A program made the position numbers and the translations under genes. A DNA stretch of 64,000 nt from Bacteroidia bacterium 43-41 (GTDB lineage Bacteria; Bacteroidota; Bacteroidia; Bacteroidales; Dysgonomonadaceae), in NCBI GenBank assembly GCA_001898165.1, contig MKTD01000003.1:58214-122213 (forward strand), in the 5' to 3' direction. Below, piece after piece: positions 61,044 through 64,000 of this stretch; positions within the stretch are counted from its first letter, which is position 1; every line of letters begins with the position of its first letter. The notes under the pieces were generated by a model. The model saw nothing but the letters and a program-made list of their open reading frames with translations, had not been told where the DNA came from and did no database searches.

Positions 61044-61619
61044 ATGGGAGCGAACAAAAAGAAATCGTGGATTTCAAATATAATCTTTATCGGGTTAATC
61101 GCCCTTGTCTTGTTTACCCCCGTTGGAAGTAAACTAAAATATTGGGCCAGCAAGCTGATGGCTTCTTTCACCCCATCGGTGCAAAAAGTGGAAAAACGTG
61201 AAAGATTAACCGATTACCACTGGCAGCTTATCGATAACAACGGGCAATCCTTCAATTTAAGTCAGGCACAGGGGAAAGTGATCTTCCTGAACACCTGGGC
61301 AACCTGGTGCCCTCCTTGTATTGCCGAGATGCCTGTGATGCAGGAGCTTTACAACAAGTACAGGAATAATCCCGATGTGGCGTTTGTATATGCAACTACA
61401 GACCCCAAAGCTACGGTGGATAAATTTATGGCGGACAAAGGCTATGATTTACCGGTATACTACATTCAGTCTGCCCCACCCCCTCAACTGGCTTCCAACA
61501 CCATTCCCATCACTTTTCTAATCGGGAAAAACGGCGATATCGCCATCCGGAAAGTAGGTGCAGCCGATTGGAACAGCAAAAAGGTAACCGACACCATAGA
61601 TCAATTGTTGAAGGAGTAA
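61044..61619 (+). CDS. Membrane-anchored TlpA/ResA-family thiol-disulfide oxidoreductase
   Basis: N-terminal TM helix, WATWCPPC, IPITFLI; start at ATG 61044. Confidence 0.9.
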   Translation: MGANKKKSWISNIIFIGLIALVLFTPVGSKLKYWASKLMASFTPSVQKVEKRERLTDYHWQLIDNNGQSFNLSQAQGKVIFLNTWATWCPPCIAEMPVMQELYNKYRNNPDVAFVYATTDPKATVDKFMADKGYDLPVYYIQSAPPPQLASNTIPITFLIGKNGDIAIRKVGAADWNSKKVTDTIDQLLKE

Positions 61620-61629
61620 ATTAAATTGT

Positions 61630-62601
61630 TTACCCTAACATCTTATCCATCACCCAATTGGTTCGCATAGCGGAGCGAAAGTCGCTTATGGGATAATCGC
61701 CGTTACCGTTCAGGTAATTCACAATGCTTTGTATCAGGTAAAACTGAATATTTTCAGGGTTCTCTTCGGTATATATTTTTTCACCGGAGGCATTGTTAAG
61801 GACGATAGGTGTGAAATGGAACGTGGAAAACCGGATAGAACCTCGCGAACCGATAATCTCTATCTCATCGGTCCGTTCTTTTACGGGAGCGGCAAATTCC
61901 CAGTGTCCGCTGCCTCTTACGCCCGATTTGTGCAACCACTCCCCGTCCACCGTATCTTCTACATCGTACAATCCTGCAACGTTTTTAGCCGTTCCGCTCA
62001 CTTCGGTGATTTCACCGAAAATAAAATCGAGATAATCCAGCTGGTGCGAAGCCAGGTCGTAGAAATACCCGGCACCGGCAACCTCTTTCTTCACCCGCCA
62101 GGGAAGTGTTTCCCAGCTTAAATCGGACGAATACGGCGGTATAATGAACCGGATTTTCACCTCGCCGGGCTCCCCTATTTCACGGCTCTCCAACAACTGC
62201 TTCACCCGTAGAAAATAAGGCAATGTCCGCCGGTAATATGCCACAAAACAAGGGACACCCGTCTCATTTGCCACTTCCGACATGGCCACACATTCCTCGT
62301 ACGAAGCTGCCATCGGTTTTTCCACATACACCGGTTTTCCCGCTTTCATTGCCGCAATGGCATATTCTGCATGCGATCCGGGAGGTGTGGAAACATATAC
62401 GGCGGTTACATCGTTGTCGTTTATCAACGCGTGTGCATCGGAATACCACTTGTTGATGTTGTGCCGCATCGCATAATCTTTGGCTAACTCCGCATTGCGA
62501 CGCATCACGGCTGCTACGCCAGATCCTTTTACTTTCCCGAAAGCCGGGCCGCTTTTCTTTTCCGTCACGTTTCCGCAACCGATAAATCCCCAGTGAATCA
62601 T
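61630..62601 (-). CDS. Gfo/Idh/MocA family oxidoreductase
   Basis: GFIGCG, VSTPPGSH, YVEKPMA, AGYFYDLASH. Confidence 0.92.
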   Translation of the reverse strand: MIHWGFIGCGNVTEKKSGPAFGKVKGSGVAAVMRRNAELAKDYAMRHNINKWYSDAHALINDNDVTAVYVSTPPGSHAEYAIAAMKAGKPVYVEKPMAASYEECVAMSEVANETGVPCFVAYYRRTLPYFLRVKQLLESREIGEPGEVKIRFIIPPYSSDLSWETLPWRVKKEVAGAGYFYDLASHQLDYLDFIFGEITEVSGTAKNVAGLYDVEDTVDGEWLHKSGVRGSGHWEFAAPVKERTDEIEIIGSRGSIRFSTFHFTPIVLNNASGEKIYTEENPENIQFYLIQSIVNYLNGNGDYPISDFRSAMRTNWVMDKMLG

Positions 62602-62610
62602 TATAAATAT

Positions 62611-64000
62611 CTATTTATTATTATCTATCTGCCCCGCTTTCAATCCCCTTTTGAACCCTCTATAGGAGACCAGCGCTAAAACTATAACTACGAACAATAT
62701 CGCGTACAGGTAAACAAAGACTGCCGAAACCCCTTCGTTTTCCCCGTATGAATGTAACCCGCTTAAGAGGTAATTCACTCCCCAGAATGTCATTAGCACC
62801 GAAGCAAATGCAATCACCGATGCCAGGTTAGAGAACCAGTAATTGTTCAGTTTCTTTACCAGATGGGTATGAGTGGCCACGGCATAAACAATAACGGTAA
62901 TGAGCGCCCAGGTCTCTTTGGGGTCCCAGCTCCAGTAACGGCCCCACGATTCGTTGGCCCAAATACCGCCCAAAAAAGTACCGATGGTCATTAAAGCCAG
63001 ACCTACCAACAGCGACATGTTGTTGATAATGCTCAGCTCCCTGATGCGGAGCATGGCCATCTCTTTTTGAGTCACACTCATAATAACAAGATTGGATAAT
63101 CCCAGCAACAAGCTTATCCCGAAAAAACCGTAAGCAGCTATGGTTACGGCAACGTGAAACATAAGCCATGGAGATTTAAGTACGGGGACGAGTGTTGTAA
63201 TCTGGGGTTCCATCCAATTCAGGCTTGAAACAAAAAGGATTATGCCTCCGAAAATTGTTGCCGTCGCGAGAGTCAGATCGCTCTTTCGTCCGAAAATCAG
63301 GCCAGCAAGTATAGTTGCCCAGGATACATATACCATGCTTTCGTAAGAATTGCTCCAGGGTGCATATCCCGATATGTACCAACGCATGGCCATCCCATAC
63401 ATATGAAAAAGGAAAACCAGAAAAATTCCCAAAACGAGCATATTGGACAGGAGATCTGCCCACTTTGCCTTTTTGAAAAGCCTGAAAAAAGCCAAAATAA
63501 GCAGCAAGGTTCCCAAAACAAAATATCCGGCGCGGGTTTTACTGAAAATATCTTGTTTGTTGTAACGGATTTCCATGCGTATTTTTTTCGGGTTTATCTG
63601 TCCGGCTATATCGGCTTTTTGCTGAAAACCGGCTATGGAATCGATCATTGTGTCGGGTTGTTTCCAATCGCCACTTTCGAGCGATCGACCTACCTCTGAT
63701 AAGTACAACGGTAAAGACCGGGAAATAAACAGGGAGTCTTCTTCGGGGAAGCCCGTCAGATCATCTCCGGGTGCATACCAGGTATGGCCGGGAGCATCAG
63801 CTTTTGGGAAAAGCGCCAACAGTTTGAAGTTCAACAACTGGAAAAGGATGTTTATCTTTTCATCGAGCTTGATAATGTCTTTATCAAACTTGTTCCTTTG
63901 CGACTCGGGTTTGTGATAAGCTTCGTTTACCCCGGCAAGAAGTTTATAGTTTCCACTCGGATCAAAAACCTGGGCATACGAAAAATATTTTTCCGGTAGC
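62611..64000 (-). CDS. ccsA: Cytochrome c biogenesis system II protein CcsA (probably CcsBA fusion; 5' end lies outside the window)
   Basis: WWD domain GIWANESWGRYWSWDPKETW, GLHSY; frame stays open to the window edge (LPEKYFSYAQ...). Confidence 0.92.
   Translation of the reverse strand, partial: LPEKYFSYAQVFDPSGNYKLLAGVNEAYHKPESQRNKFDKDIIKLDEKINILFQLLNFKLLALFPKADAPGHTWYAPGDDLTGFPEEDSLFISRSLPLYLSEVGRSLESGDWKQPDTMIDSIAGFQQKADIAGQINPKKIRMEIRYNKQDIFSKTRAGYFVLGTLLLILAFFRLFKKAKWADLLSNMLVLGIFLVFLFHMYGMAMRWYISGYAPWSNSYESMVYVSWATILAGLIFGRKSDLTLATATIFGGIILFVSSLNWMEPQITTLVPVLKSPWLMFHVAVTIAAYGFFGISLLLGLSNLVIMSVTQKEMAMLRIRELSIINNMSLLVGLALMTIGTFLGGIWANESWGRYWSWDPKETWALITVIVYAVATHTHLVKKLNNYWFSNLASVIAFASVLMTFWGVNYLLSGLHSYGENEGVSAVFVYLYAILFVVIVLALVSYRGFKRGLKAGQIDNNK

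Overview
Core chromosomal DNA of a Bacteroidota organism (Bacteroidales-type gene set and TAnnTTTG promoters; Dysgonomonadaceae/Porphyromonadaceae-like is my impression, not a determination). There are about 55 intact genes and no rRNA, tRNA, CRISPR array, prophage or transposase that I can see. Genes include rplU-rpmA, purM-prfA-pyrF, gyrA, lnb-secA, rpmE2, cinA, ruvA-sprA (T9SS translocon), an ECF sigma/FecR/outer-membrane barrel cassette, ung, asnA, pyrK-pyrD, holA-amn, a hydrolase-degenerate RelA/SpoT homologue, a GH2 beta-mannosidase, sdaA, apbE and a partial ccsA. The most informative signals are non-coding. (1) A 28-bp XerCD dif-like site at 5634-5661 suggests this is the replication terminus region. 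(2) A ~0.9-kb AT-rich spacer upstream of an XRE-family HTH gene carries about a dozen degenerate copies of a TACAwwTGTA palindrome in two clusters around an AT-rich core; this is a candidate protein-plus-site-array system about 38 kb from dif. (3) A dispersed MITE-like short repeat family. (4) 7-bp-period intergenic arrays. (5) A perfect 26-bp palindrome. (6) A start-less remnant of an NCS2 (uracil) permease. Product calls come from motif recognition by eye; no searches were run.
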